Positions 38,617 through 47,524 of a stretch of DNA of 64,000 nt are shown piece after piece; position 1 is the first letter of the stretch, and every line of letters starts with the position of its first letter. Both the position numbers and the translations under genes were made by a program. This DNA is from Burkholderiaceae bacterium (GTDB taxonomy: Bacteria; Pseudomonadota; Gammaproteobacteria; Burkholderiales; Burkholderiaceae_D), in NCBI GenBank assembly GCA_035255485.1, contig DATEZO010000094.1:2401-66400 (forward strand), in the 5' to 3' direction. The notes under the pieces were generated by a model. That model worked only from the letters and a program-made list of their open reading frames with translations. It did no database searches and was not told the DNA's origin.

Positions 38617-40991
38617 CGGCACCATCGCGCCGGCGCGGGATGGCGCTGGCCGCATGGCTGCTCGGCGCGGTCGTGTGCGCCCTCGTGATTGCCCGCACCA
38701 CCTTTACCACCGACCTGTCGGCCTTTCTGCCGCAGTCGCCCACCAGGGCGCAGCAGGTGTTGCTGGATCAGCTGCGCGATGGCATGGTTTCGCGCCTGAT
38801 CCTGATCGGCATGGAAGGCGCGGACGCGCCGACCCGCGCCGCGCTTTCCAAAGGCATGGCGCAACAACTACGCGGCGCACCGGCATTCGCTGCGATCAAT
38901 AACGGCGAACCGGTCGATGCGGCGCGCGATCAGGCGTTCCTGTTCGACAACCGCTATCTGCTCAGCCCCGCAGTCACGCCGGAACGCTTCACGCCGGCCG
39001 GACTGCATGCCGCGCTGGCCGACACCATCGACCTGCTGGCGTCGCCCGCCGGCCTGCTGGTCAAACCCTTGTTGCCGCGCGACCCGACCGGCGAAATCAT
39101 GCAGCTGCTGGAACAGATGCATGGCGGCAATCGTCCGCACACCAGCCATGGCGCATGGGCTTCGCGCGATGGCACGCGCACGCTGTTGCTGGCGCAGACG
39201 CGCGCGGCCGGCGCCGATACCGATGGCCAGGAACAGGCCATGGCGCAAATCCGGAAGGCGTTCGATACGGCGGTCAGGCAGCAGGGCGGCAGCGCGGCCC
39301 AGGCCACGCTTGCGATGACCGGCCCCGGGGTGTTTTCGGTGCAGTCGCGCAGCACCATCAAAAGCGAAGTGACGCGCCTGTCGAGCATCAGCACCGCCAT
39401 CATCATTACCCTGTTGTTGCTGGTGTACCGCTCATTCACGGCACTGGCGCTCGGCTTGCTGCCGGTGATTTCCGGTGCGCTGGCGGGGCTGGTTGCGGTC
39501 AGCCTCGGATTCGGCATGGTGCACGGCATTACGCTCGGATTCGGCGTCACGCTGATCGGCGAGGCGGTCGATTACTCGATTTATCTGTTCGTGCAGTCGC
39601 GCCAGTCGATGGTGCAGGGAAACGGCGCCGCACCGGACTGGGTGCGCGATTTCTGGCCGACCATCCGGCTCGGCGTGCTGACCTCGATCGCCGGTTTTGT
39701 CTCGCTGCTGCTGTCGAGTTTTCCCGGCCTGGCGCAACTGGGCCTGTATTCGATCGCCGGCCTGATCACGGCAGCCGCGGTCACCCGCTTCGTGCTGCCG
39801 CACCTGCTGCCGGATGGCTTTCGCATCCGCGATGTATCGGCCTTCGGCCAGCTGCTGGTGCGCATCGTCCGCCATGCCGCGCTGCTGCGCTGGCCGGCGC
39901 TGGCGCTCGCGGTTGCGGCATGCGTGGTGCTGTTCCAGCATCGCGCGAATTTATGGAATCCCGAACTGTCGTCGCTCAGCCCGGTGTCGCCAGCCGACCA
40001 GGCGACTGATGCGCGCCTGCGCGCCGACCTCGGCGCACCGGATGTGCGCTACATGATTGCGCTGTCCGGCAAGGATAGCGAAGCGGTATTGCAGGCGGCG
40101 GAAAAAATCGCCGGCCAATTGCAGCCGCTGGTGGCAAGCGGCGTGCTGGCCGGTTTTGAAACGCCGAGCCGCTATCTGCCGAGCATGGCTACGCAGCTGG
40201 CGCGGCAAGCCAGCCTGCCGGCCGATGGACTGGCGCAGCGGCTGTCGCAGGCAACCGCCGGCTTGCCGGTGCGGCCCGCGCTGTTTGCGCCGTTTGCGGC
40301 GGATATCGCGGCGGCAAAAAAACGTCCGCCGTTGCAGCGTGCGGATCTCGACCATACTTCCCTGGCGATGGCGGTCGACGCCATGATGTACCGGCACGAT
40401 ACGCGCTGGCATGCGCTGCTGCCGCTGACCGCGCCGCCCGCCGGCATCGCGGCCGCACCGGTGCGCGCGGCGCTGGCGGCGGCCGGACAGCCGGATGCGC
40501 TGTTTGTCGATCTGAAAGCGGAATCCGATCATCTGTATTCCGGCTATCTGCATGAAGCGATCGGCCTGTCATTGGCAGGGCTGGCCGGTATCGTCGCGCT
40601 GCTGCTGCTGACGCTGCGTTCGCCGCGCACCACGCTGCGGGTCTTGCTGCCGCCGCTGGCGGCGGTGGCGACGGTCGCTGCGGCGCTGGCCTTGTGCGGG
40701 CAGCGCATGACGATCCTGCACCTGGTCGGGCTGCTGCTGATCGTTGCGGTCGGCTCCAATTACGCGCTGTTCTTCAATCAGGGAAGGGAGGCGGGTGCGA
40801 ACGGGATTACGCCGCAGACGCTGGTGTCGCTGGTGTTTGCCAACATGACCACGGTGGCCGGCTTCGGCCTGCTGGGGTTTTCGCAAGTGCCGGTGCTGCA
40901 GGCGATCGGCTCCACGGTCGGCCCCGGCACGGTGCTGACGCTGATGTTCGCGGCGATCTTCGCCGATGCCGGCAAGTCCGGGGCGGGCTAA
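38613..40991 (+). CDS. MMPL/RND-like exporter (ApeM-like)
   Basis: 792 aa. Two 5-6-helix TM bundles, each preceded by a large soluble loop. Confidence 0.85.
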   Translation: MTAPSRRRGMALAAWLLGAVVCALVIARTTFTTDLSAFLPQSPTRAQQVLLDQLRDGMVSRLILIGMEGADAPTRAALSKGMAQQLRGAPAFAAINNGEPVDAARDQAFLFDNRYLLSPAVTPERFTPAGLHAALADTIDLLASPAGLLVKPLLPRDPTGEIMQLLEQMHGGNRPHTSHGAWASRDGTRTLLLAQTRAAGADTDGQEQAMAQIRKAFDTAVRQQGGSAAQATLAMTGPGVFSVQSRSTIKSEVTRLSSISTAIIITLLLLVYRSFTALALGLLPVISGALAGLVAVSLGFGMVHGITLGFGVTLIGEAVDYSIYLFVQSRQSMVQGNGAAPDWVRDFWPTIRLGVLTSIAGFVSLLLSSFPGLAQLGLYSIAGLITAAAVTRFVLPHLLPDGFRIRDVSAFGQLLVRIVRHAALLRWPALALAVAACVVLFQHRANLWNPELSSLSPVSPADQATDARLRADLGAPDVRYMIALSGKDSEAVLQAAEKIAGQLQPLVASGVLAGFETPSRYLPSMATQLARQASLPADGLAQRLSQATAGLPVRPALFAPFAADIAAAKKRPPLQRADLDHTSLAMAVDAMMYRHDTRWHALLPLTAPPAGIAAAPVRAALAAAGQPDALFVDLKAESDHLYSGYLHEAIGLSLAGLAGIVALLLLTLRSPRTTLRVLLPPLAAVATVAAALALCGQRMTILHLVGLLLIVAVGSNYALFFNQGREAGANGITPQTLVSLVFANMTTVAGFGLLGFSQVPVLQAIGSTVGPGTVLTLMFAAIFADAGKSGAG

Positions 40992-40994
40992 CAC

Positions 40995-41678
40995 ATGCGC
41001 ATCCTGCACGAGCATGCCGCTTCCGACCGGTTGGCGCAGACGCTGGTGATCCTGCTGCCGGGCGCGCTGCAGCCGCCGGAACAATTCCTGCAATCCGGCT
41101 TCGCCGACGCCGTGCGGGCACGCAGCTTGCCGCTCGATCTCGCCATGCCCGACCTTGCCATGCGCCATATCGCCGAGACGATCGACGGTTCCGCCCAGCG
41201 GCGCCTGCATGACGATGTGGTGCAGCCGGCGCGGCGCAAGGGCTATCGCGACATCTGGCTGGCCGGGATCTCGATCGGCGGCCTGATTGCTGTCGCCTAT
41301 GCCGAACGCTATCCCGGCGATATCGATGGCCTGTGCCTGCTGGCGCCGTATCCGGGCAACCGGCTGCTGACCAACCGGATCAGGGCCGGCGGCCTCGCAC
41401 AGTGGCGGCCCGACGACGCGGCGGGCGATGCCGAACTTCGCATGTGGCAATGGCTGAAAACGCACCGACGGCAGCCGGATGCGCCGGCAATCCATCTCGG
41501 TTACGGGCGGCAGGACCGCTTCGCCGACGGCCAGGAGATGATGGCCGAAGCGCTCGATCCCGCATCCATCGATATCATCGACGGCGGGCATGACTGGCCG
41601 ACCTGGCGGCAGTTATGGGACAACTTTCTTGACCGGCTGGCGGTGCGTCCCGCCTGTTCCGCGGCGCTACGCGCATGA
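40995..41678 (+). CDS. Alpha/beta hydrolase (possible thioesterase/esterase)
   Basis: Nucleophile elbow LAGISIGG. C-terminal GGHDW (catalytic His). Confidence 0.7.
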   Translation: MRILHEHAASDRLAQTLVILLPGALQPPEQFLQSGFADAVRARSLPLDLAMPDLAMRHIAETIDGSAQRRLHDDVVQPARRKGYRDIWLAGISIGGLIAVAYAERYPGDIDGLCLLAPYPGNRLLTNRIRAGGLAQWRPDDAAGDAELRMWQWLKTHRRQPDAPAIHLGYGRQDRFADGQEMMAEALDPASIDIIDGGHDWPTWRQLWDNFLDRLAVRPACSAALRA

Positions 41679-42493
41679 TGCGGCCGCAATCCTTGCGCTG
41701 GCGGATGCCGCTCTTGATCCGCTTCACCCTGGCGCTGCATGTCGCGCTGCTGGCTGGATGCATCCTGTATCCGCAGGCCTGGCGCTGGGCGCTGGTGCTG
41801 CTGCTCGCCAATCACGCGGTGCTGACGCTGGCCGGCCTGTGGCCGCGCAGCACCTGGCTCGGCCCCAACTGGACCAGGCTGCCGCATGCCGCTGCGTTGC
41901 GCGGCGAAATTGCACTGACGATCGATGATGGCCCCGATCCGGACGTGACGCCGCAGTTGCTCGACCTGCTCGATCGCCATGGCGTCAAGGCCACCTTCTT
42001 CTGCATCGGCGAGCGCGCCGCGCGCCATCCGGCGCTGTGCCGGCGCATCGTCGAACGCGGGCATGCGGTGGAAAACCACAGCCAGCGGCATCGCCATTAC
42101 TTTTCACTGTTCGGCATGGCCGGCCTGGCGCGCGAAATACAGATGGCGCAGGATACGCTGACGGCGCTGACCGGCCGCCGGCCGCAATTCTTCCGCGCAC
42201 CGGCCGGCCTGCGCAATCCCTTTCTCGACCCGGTGCTGGCGCGCTTCGGGCTGAGGCTGGCGGCCTGGACCCGGCGCGGTTTTGATACCCGCACGCCGGA
42301 CCCCGCCCTGGTCAGCCGCAGATTGCTGCGCGACCTGGCCCCGGGCGCGATTTTTCTGCTGCATGATGGCAATTGCGCGCGCGCGCCGTCCGGCGTCCCG
42401 GTTGTCATTGAGGCATTGCCTGCGCTGTTCGATGCCGCCGCCGGCGCGGGCCTGCGCTTTGTCACCTTGTCGGATGCCATGCAATCGCCATGA
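41675..42493 (+). CDS. Polysaccharide deacetylase (NodB homology domain) with N-terminal TM
   Basis: LTIDDGPDP, HGVKATFFCIG and GHAVENHSQRH NodB motifs. Confidence 0.85.
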   Translation: MMRPQSLRWRMPLLIRFTLALHVALLAGCILYPQAWRWALVLLLANHAVLTLAGLWPRSTWLGPNWTRLPHAAALRGEIALTIDDGPDPDVTPQLLDLLDRHGVKATFFCIGERAARHPALCRRIVERGHAVENHSQRHRHYFSLFGMAGLAREIQMAQDTLTALTGRRPQFFRAPAGLRNPFLDPVLARFGLRLAAWTRRGFDTRTPDPALVSRRLLRDLAPGAIFLLHDGNCARAPSGVPVVIEALPALFDAAAGAGLRFVTLSDAMQSP

Positions 42494-43215
42494 CCGCGCC
42501 ATTCATCCGCAGGATGGTCGATGCCGCCGCCGCTCCCTACCGTGCAGCGGGCCGCTTCGCCTGGCATTTCGCACGCGGCAAGCTGGGCGGCGACCCGGTA
42601 TTTGCCGGGCTGCTGGAGCACGGGCTGATTCCGGATCGGGCGCGCATTCTCGATATCGGCTGCGGACAAGGATTGCTCGCAGCCTGGTTGCTGGCAGCAA
42701 AAAAGATGCAAGTTGCCGGCGACTGGCCCGCGAATTGGCCCAAGGCGCCGGAACCAGTCTCGATCCATGGCATCGAACTGATGCCGCGTCAGGTTGCCTG
42801 CGCACGCCAGGCGCTGGGCGATGCCGCCACATTTGCAGTCGGCGATATGTGCCGTACCGATTTTGGCCAGGTTGATGCCATAGTGATCCTGGATGTACTG
42901 CATTATGTGGATAGCGCCGCGCAGGACGAAGTGCTGCGCCGGGCCCGGGCAGCGCTTGCCCCGTACGGCGTTTTGATCCTGCGGGTCGGCGATGCCGATG
43001 GCGGGCTGCCGTTCCGGTTCAGCCTGTGGGTCGACCGGGTAGTGGCGTTGATGCGCGGGCAACGCACCGGCCGCCTGCATGGCCGTCGATTGCCGGAATG
43101 GCATGCCGCGCTGGCTGCGCTGGGCTTCGAGGTTGCCAGCCTGCCAATGCACCAGGGCACGCCCTTCGCGAATATTTTGCTGGTTGCCTGGCTTGACAGG
43201 AACATAACGACTTAA
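42490..43215 (+). CDS. Class I SAM-dependent methyltransferase (ApeB-like)
   Basis: ILDIGCGQGLL motif I and VILDVLHYV. Confidence 0.8.
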   Translation: MTAPFIRRMVDAAAAPYRAAGRFAWHFARGKLGGDPVFAGLLEHGLIPDRARILDIGCGQGLLAAWLLAAKKMQVAGDWPANWPKAPEPVSIHGIELMPRQVACARQALGDAATFAVGDMCRTDFGQVDAIVILDVLHYVDSAAQDEVLRRARAALAPYGVLILRVGDADGGLPFRFSLWVDRVVALMRGQRTGRLHGRRLPEWHAALAALGFEVASLPMHQGTPFANILLVAWLDRNITT

Positions 43216-43225
43216 GGAAATTAGT

Positions 43226-44464
43226 TTGCTAAAATCGGCGCGCCCGAACAATCACATTCCCCGGACTGCATTGAAGCCGCTTTTTCTTTCTCATTTCACC
43301 ACGACCAGTGCGATCGGCAGCGGCCTTTCCCGGACGCTGGAAGCGTTGCGACAGCGCAGGAGCGGCCTGACGCGCTGCGATTTCGACACGGTCGATCTCG
43401 ACACCTGGATCGGTGTCGCGCCGGAGGTCGATCAGACCGCGATTCGCGCCGATCTGCGCACCTACGATTGCCGCAACAATCGCCTGCTGCAGCTGGCGCT
43501 GGAGCAGGACGGCTTTGCCGGCGCGGTGCAAGCCGCCGCCACGAAATACGGTGCCGACCGGGTCGGCGTGTTTCTCGGCACCAGCACTTCCGGCATCCTG
43601 CAGGCGGAACTGGCGTATCGCCGCCGCGATGCCGTCAGTGGCGACCTGCCGGCGGATTTCCATTACGGCGCCACCCAGAACTCGTTTTCCGCCGCCGATT
43701 TCGTACAGCGCTATTTCGGCCTGCGCGGACCGGCGGCGGCAGTGTCGTCCGCCTGTTCGTCCAGTGCCAAAGTGTTCGGCTCCGCACGCCGCATGATCGA
43801 GGCGGGCCTGATCGATGCGGCGCTGGTCGGCGGCGTCGATACGCTATGCCTGACCACGCTGTATGGCTTCAATTCGCTGGGCTTGCTATCGCCGCAGCCT
43901 TGCCGGCCGTTCGATGCGCAGCGCAGCGGCATCTCGATCGGCGAAGCGGCTGCCGTGATCCTGCTGGAGCGCCTGCCCGACAGCCTGGACGCCGATGCGG
44001 TGCTGCTGGCCGGTATCGGCGAATCGAGCGACGCCTATCACATGTCGTCGCCGCACCCGGAAGGGCTGGGCGCGCAGCTGGCAATGCGGCAAGCCTTGTC
44101 GATGGCGCAACTGGCGCCGCAGCAGGTCGATTACATCAATCTGCACGGCACCGCCACCATGAGCAACGACGCCGCGGAAGGCGTGGCGGTCGCCGCCCTG
44201 TTCGGTGCGACGACGCCGTGCAGTTCGACCAAGGGTGCGACCGGACACACACTGGGCGCCGCAGGCGGAATCGAGGCGGTCATTTGCGCGCTGGCGCTCC
44301 AGCACGGCCTGCTGCCGGGCGGCCTGAATACGACCCGATGCGACCCTGGCTTGCCGCTGAATTACCTGCTCGACAATCTCGAGCGGCCGATCCGCCATGC
44401 GCTCAGCAACTCCTTTGGTTTTGGCGGCACCAATTGCAGCCTGTTGTTTGGCCGCGCCAACTGA
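43226..44464 (+). CDS. Beta-ketoacyl-ACP synthase (KS, FabF/ApeO-like)
   Basis: Active-site AVSSACSSS (Cys), HGTATMSND and KGATGHTLGAAG (His-His). Start uncertain (TTG at 43226 or 43271). Confidence 0.9.
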   Translation: MLKSARPNNHIPRTALKPLFLSHFTTTSAIGSGLSRTLEALRQRRSGLTRCDFDTVDLDTWIGVAPEVDQTAIRADLRTYDCRNNRLLQLALEQDGFAGAVQAAATKYGADRVGVFLGTSTSGILQAELAYRRRDAVSGDLPADFHYGATQNSFSAADFVQRYFGLRGPAAAVSSACSSSAKVFGSARRMIEAGLIDAALVGGVDTLCLTTLYGFNSLGLLSPQPCRPFDAQRSGISIGEAAAVILLERLPDSLDADAVLLAGIGESSDAYHMSSPHPEGLGAQLAMRQALSMAQLAPQQVDYINLHGTATMSNDAAEGVAVAALFGATTPCSSTKGATGHTLGAAGGIEAVICALALQHGLLPGGLNTTRCDPGLPLNYLLDNLERPIRHALSNSFGFGGTNCSLLFGRAN

Positions 44465-44471
44465 ATTCGCC

Positions 44472-45308
44472 ATGACGACTCTGACCTGTTATATCGATGG
44501 CGTGGGCCTCTTGGGGCCGGGCCTGGCCGGCTGGCCGGCCAGCCGCGCCATCCTGGCGGGACATGCCGCTTACCAGTACCACAAAACCCTGCTGCAGGCG
44601 CCGGCGCTGCTGCCCCCCGCCGAGCGTCGCCGCTGCGGGCCGATCGTCAAGCTGACTATGGCGGTGGGCCAGGAAGCGGCGCTGGCCGCCGGGCTGGATG
44701 TGGCGGGATTGCCGACCGTGTTTTCCGCTTCCGGCGGCGACGGCAATAATTGCCATGAAATCTGCGCGGCGCTGGCGTCCGAAGATCGCCTGCTGTCGCC
44801 GACCCGCTTCCACAATTCGGTGCATAACGCGGCGGCCGGTTACTGGGGCATCGCCACCGGCGCAATGGCGGCTTCCTCGGTGCTGTGCGCCTACGATGCG
44901 AGCTTCGGCGCCGGCCTGCTGGAAGCCATGGCGCAGGTCCGCGTCGAGCAGACCCCGGTGCTGCTGATCGCCTGCGACACCACGTATCCGGAACCGTTGC
45001 GCAAGGCGCGTCCGATTCCGGACGAGTTCGGCGTCGGCCTGGCGCTTGCACCGCTGCGCAGCGAAGCCTCGCTGGCAAAAATCAGCATCGCGCTGACCGC
45101 CGATCCGGCCGACCGGCTGGCCGACGGCGCGCTGGAACGGATGCGGGCAGCAATCCCGGCCGCGCGCAGCCTGCCGCTGCTATGCGCGCTGGCGCAGGCC
45201 GCCTCGGCCTCCATGACGCTCGGTTACCTGGATGCCGCGGGCCTGGCCGTGACCGTGGAGCCATGCTGCCCTCTCCCAGAGGGAGAGGGGGAGAACAGGG
45301 CACGATGA
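44472..45308 (+). CDS. KS-like partner lacking the catalytic Cys (chain-length-factor/ApeC-like)
   Basis: Thiolase-like N-half (FHNSVHNAAAGYW) with no C-H-H triad. The last 12-13 codons (PLPEGEGENRAR) are encoded by the REP element. Confidence 0.75.
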   Translation: MTTLTCYIDGVGLLGPGLAGWPASRAILAGHAAYQYHKTLLQAPALLPPAERRRCGPIVKLTMAVGQEAALAAGLDVAGLPTVFSASGGDGNNCHEICAALASEDRLLSPTRFHNSVHNAAAGYWGIATGAMAASSVLCAYDASFGAGLLEAMAQVRVEQTPVLLIACDTTYPEPLRKARPIPDEFGVGLALAPLRSEASLAKISIALTADPADRLADGALERMRAAIPAARSLPLLCALAQAASASMTLGYLDAAGLAVTVEPCCPLPEGEGENRAR

Positions 45309-45328
45309 AATCAAGACTTCATCGTGCC
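45269..45328 (+). repeat. Bipartite REP-like element, copy 1 (two hairpins)
   Basis: CCCTCTCCC-aga-GGGAGAGGG followed by GGCACGATGAA-atcaagac-TTCATCGTGCC. 57/60 identical to 45790-45849. Confidence 0.85.
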
Positions 45329-45334
45329 GAATCG

Positions 45335-45856
45335 ATGGGGCGCGACTGGATCGCCGCCCGCATTCCGCACCGGGGCGCGATGTGCCTGCTGCATCGGGTC
45401 GAGGACTGGGATGAACAGCGTATCCGCTGCAGCGCCGTCAGCCACCGCGCGCCGGACAATCCGTTGCGCGCGCACGGACGGCTGGCCGCCGCCTGCGGCA
45501 TCGAATACGCGGCCCAGGCAATGGCGGTGCACGGTGCGCTGATCGCGCCCCGGGATGCGCCGCCGCGGCTCGGCTATCTGGCCAGCGTGCGCGGCGCGGT
45601 GCTGCATGTCGGCCGGCTGGACGATATTGCCGCCGACCTGACGGTGGAGGCGACGCGCTTTTCCGGCGACGGCAACACCATCCTGTACGATTTTGCGCTG
45701 CGCGCTGCGGGGCGTGTGCTGCTGGAGGGCCGGGCGGCGGTGATCCTCGACGCGCACGCCGGTTCGGTCAATCCATCCCCTCTCCCCAACCCTCTCCCGG
45801 AGGGTGAGGGGGAGAACAGGGCACGATGCAATCAAGACTTCATCGTGCCGGATTAA
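45335..45856 (+). CDS. Hotdog-fold dehydratase (ApeP/FabA-like)
   Basis: IPHRGAMCLLHRVEDWD and GIEYAAQAMAVHG motifs. The start may be the ATG at 45305 inside the repeat. The C-terminal tail NPLPEGEGENRARCNQDFIVPD is encoded by repeat copy 2. Confidence 0.7.
   Translation: MGRDWIAARIPHRGAMCLLHRVEDWDEQRIRCSAVSHRAPDNPLRAHGRLAAACGIEYAAQAMAVHGALIAPRDAPPRLGYLASVRGAVLHVGRLDDIAADLTVEATRFSGDGNTILYDFALRAAGRVLLEGRAAVILDAHAGSVNPSPLPNPLPEGEGENRARCNQDFIVPD
45774..45849 (+). repeat. Bipartite REP-like element, copy 2
   Basis: ccatcccctctccccaa + CCCTCTCCC-gga-GGGTGAGGG + GGCACGATGCA-atcaagac-TTCATCGTGCC. Confidence 0.85.
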
Positions 45857-45873
45857 TCATGAGGGCTCCGACA

Positions 45874-46593
45874 ATGAAACGAGCACTGGTCACTGGCAGC
45901 AGCGGTGCGATCGGAGGGGCGGCCTGCCGCAGCCTGGCGGCCGATGGCTGCCATGTATTGGTCCATGCGAATAGCCGGCGCGATCAGGCGCAGAGGGTGG
46001 TCGATGCAATTGGCGCGGCGGGCGGCAGCGCCGAAGTACTGGTGTTCGACGTCACCGATGCAGAAGCGGTTGCGGCAGCCTTGCTGCCGCTGGTCGAGCA
46101 CGAGCCGATCCAGATCCTGGTCAACAATGCCGGCATCCACGACGATGCGGTGTTTCCCGGCATGCAGCCAGGCCAGTGGCAGCGCGTGATCGATGTGTCG
46201 CTGAACGGTTTTTACCATGTCACGCAAGCCCTGATGATGCCGATGATCCGCAGTCGCTGGGGTCGCATCATCAACATGTCTTCAGTGGCGGCGCTGACCG
46301 GCAATCGCGGCCAGACCAATTACGCGGCGGCCAAGGGCGCGCTCAACGCGGCCACCAAATCGCTGGCGCAGGAAGTCGCCAGCCGCGGCATTACCGTCAA
46401 TGCGATCGCGCCGGGCATCATCGAAAGCGACATGATCGAAGGCAAGTTCGACGCCCAGGCGATTGCACGCCTGGTGCCGATGAAGCGCGCCGGCAAGCCG
46501 GAAGAAGTGGCGGACCTGGTCAGCTTCCTGGCCTCCGAACGCGCAGCCTACATCACCGGGCAGGTGATTTCGGTTAATGGCGGGATGATCTAG
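45874..46593 (+). CDS. 3-oxoacyl-ACP reductase (SDR, FabG/ApeQ-like)
   Basis: ALVTGSSGAIGGA cofactor motif, NNAG, catalytic S..YAAAK. Confidence 0.9.
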   Translation: MKRALVTGSSGAIGGAACRSLAADGCHVLVHANSRRDQAQRVVDAIGAAGGSAEVLVFDVTDAEAVAAALLPLVEHEPIQILVNNAGIHDDAVFPGMQPGQWQRVIDVSLNGFYHVTQALMMPMIRSRWGRIINMSSVAALTGNRGQTNYAAAKGALNAATKSLAQEVASRGITVNAIAPGIIESDMIEGKFDAQAIARLVPMKRAGKPEEVADLVSFLASERAAYITGQVISVNGGMI

Positions 46594-46716
46594 CGATTTT
46601 CAAGGCAAAAAATACTATCCGCTGTATTTTAAAAAGCCCGCGGAATCATTCCGAATTTCGGTATTTTTTAACCATACTCCCCTAATTTTTGCAAAATAGG
46701 GATTGATCATAATGAT

Positions 46717-47496
46717 TCAATCCCGTCGCAGCTTGCGCAACAGGAGCAGCGGCAGCCGCACGACAAAGCCGAAAAACAGGCGGCTATGCATCCAGGTCAG
46801 CAATGTGTTGTCGCGCAGATAGCGGAAATGCGACACGCCGCCTTCCGCGGTCGTGAAATACCGCACCGGCGCAGCCAGGTTGACCGGCTGCACGCCGCGC
46901 CAGCATAGCCGTACCACCGCTTCCGGATCGAAATCGAAGCGGCGCATCCAGCGCTGGCCGCGCATCACCGCGCGCAGCGGGCCGACCGGATAGACGCGGA
47001 AGCCGAACAGCGAATCGCCGATGCCGGCCCACAGCGTTTCCAGGTTGGCCCACCAGTTCGACACCTGCCGCCCCTTGACGCGCAGGCTGGGCGCGCTGGC
47101 GTCGAACACCGGCATGCCGAGCACCATGGCGCCGGGACGGCGCATCGATTCGGCCATGAATGCCGGAATCAGGTCGGCCGGATGCTGCCCGTCCGCATCC
47201 ATGGTCAGCGCATGCGTGAAGCCGCGCGCCGCAGCCGCATCCAGGCCGTGCAGCACGGCCGCACCCTTGCCCATGTTGCGTGGCAGCGTGATCACATGCA
47301 GGCCGGCATCGCCGGCAGCCATCTCCTGCAGGCCGGTGGTGCTGCCATCGGTGCTGCCGTCGATCACTACCCATACCGGATCCCAGTGCTGGCGCGCCGC
47401 GCGCACCGTCTCGAATACTTTCGGGCCGGGGTTGTAGCTGGGGATCAGTACCAGATGGGTGGTCGATGGTGGAATCATCAAGCGCGTCGATAACAA
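46717..47496 (-). CDS. Family-2 glycosyltransferase (ApeJ-like)
   Basis: LIPSYNPGP, VIDGSTDGS and NMGKGAAV GT-A motifs. Confidence 0.85.
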   Translation of the reverse strand: MLSTRLMIPPSTTHLVLIPSYNPGPKVFETVRAARQHWDPVWVVIDGSTDGSTTGLQEMAAGDAGLHVITLPRNMGKGAAVLHGLDAAAARGFTHALTMDADGQHPADLIPAFMAESMRRPGAMVLGMPVFDASAPSLRVKGRQVSNWWANLETLWAGIGDSLFGFRVYPVGPLRAVMRGQRWMRRFDFDPEAVVRLCWRGVQPVNLAAPVRYFTTAEGGVSHFRYLRDNTLLTWMHSRLFFGFVVRLPLLLLRKLRRD

Positions 47497-47524
47497 TGAA
47501 AAAGTGGAAAAATGAGGCGGTATG

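Noticed and set aside
45305-45334. ATG starts inside the repeat element (MKSRLHRA.. at 45305 and MQSRLHRA.. at 45826)
   Set aside because: Both are encoded by the second hairpin of the REP-like element, and the near-identical peptides are a repeat artefact. The downstream ATGs (45335 and 45874, the latter with a GAGGG RBS and the canonical KxALVTG start) are preferred. 45305 cannot be fully excluded for the dehydratase.
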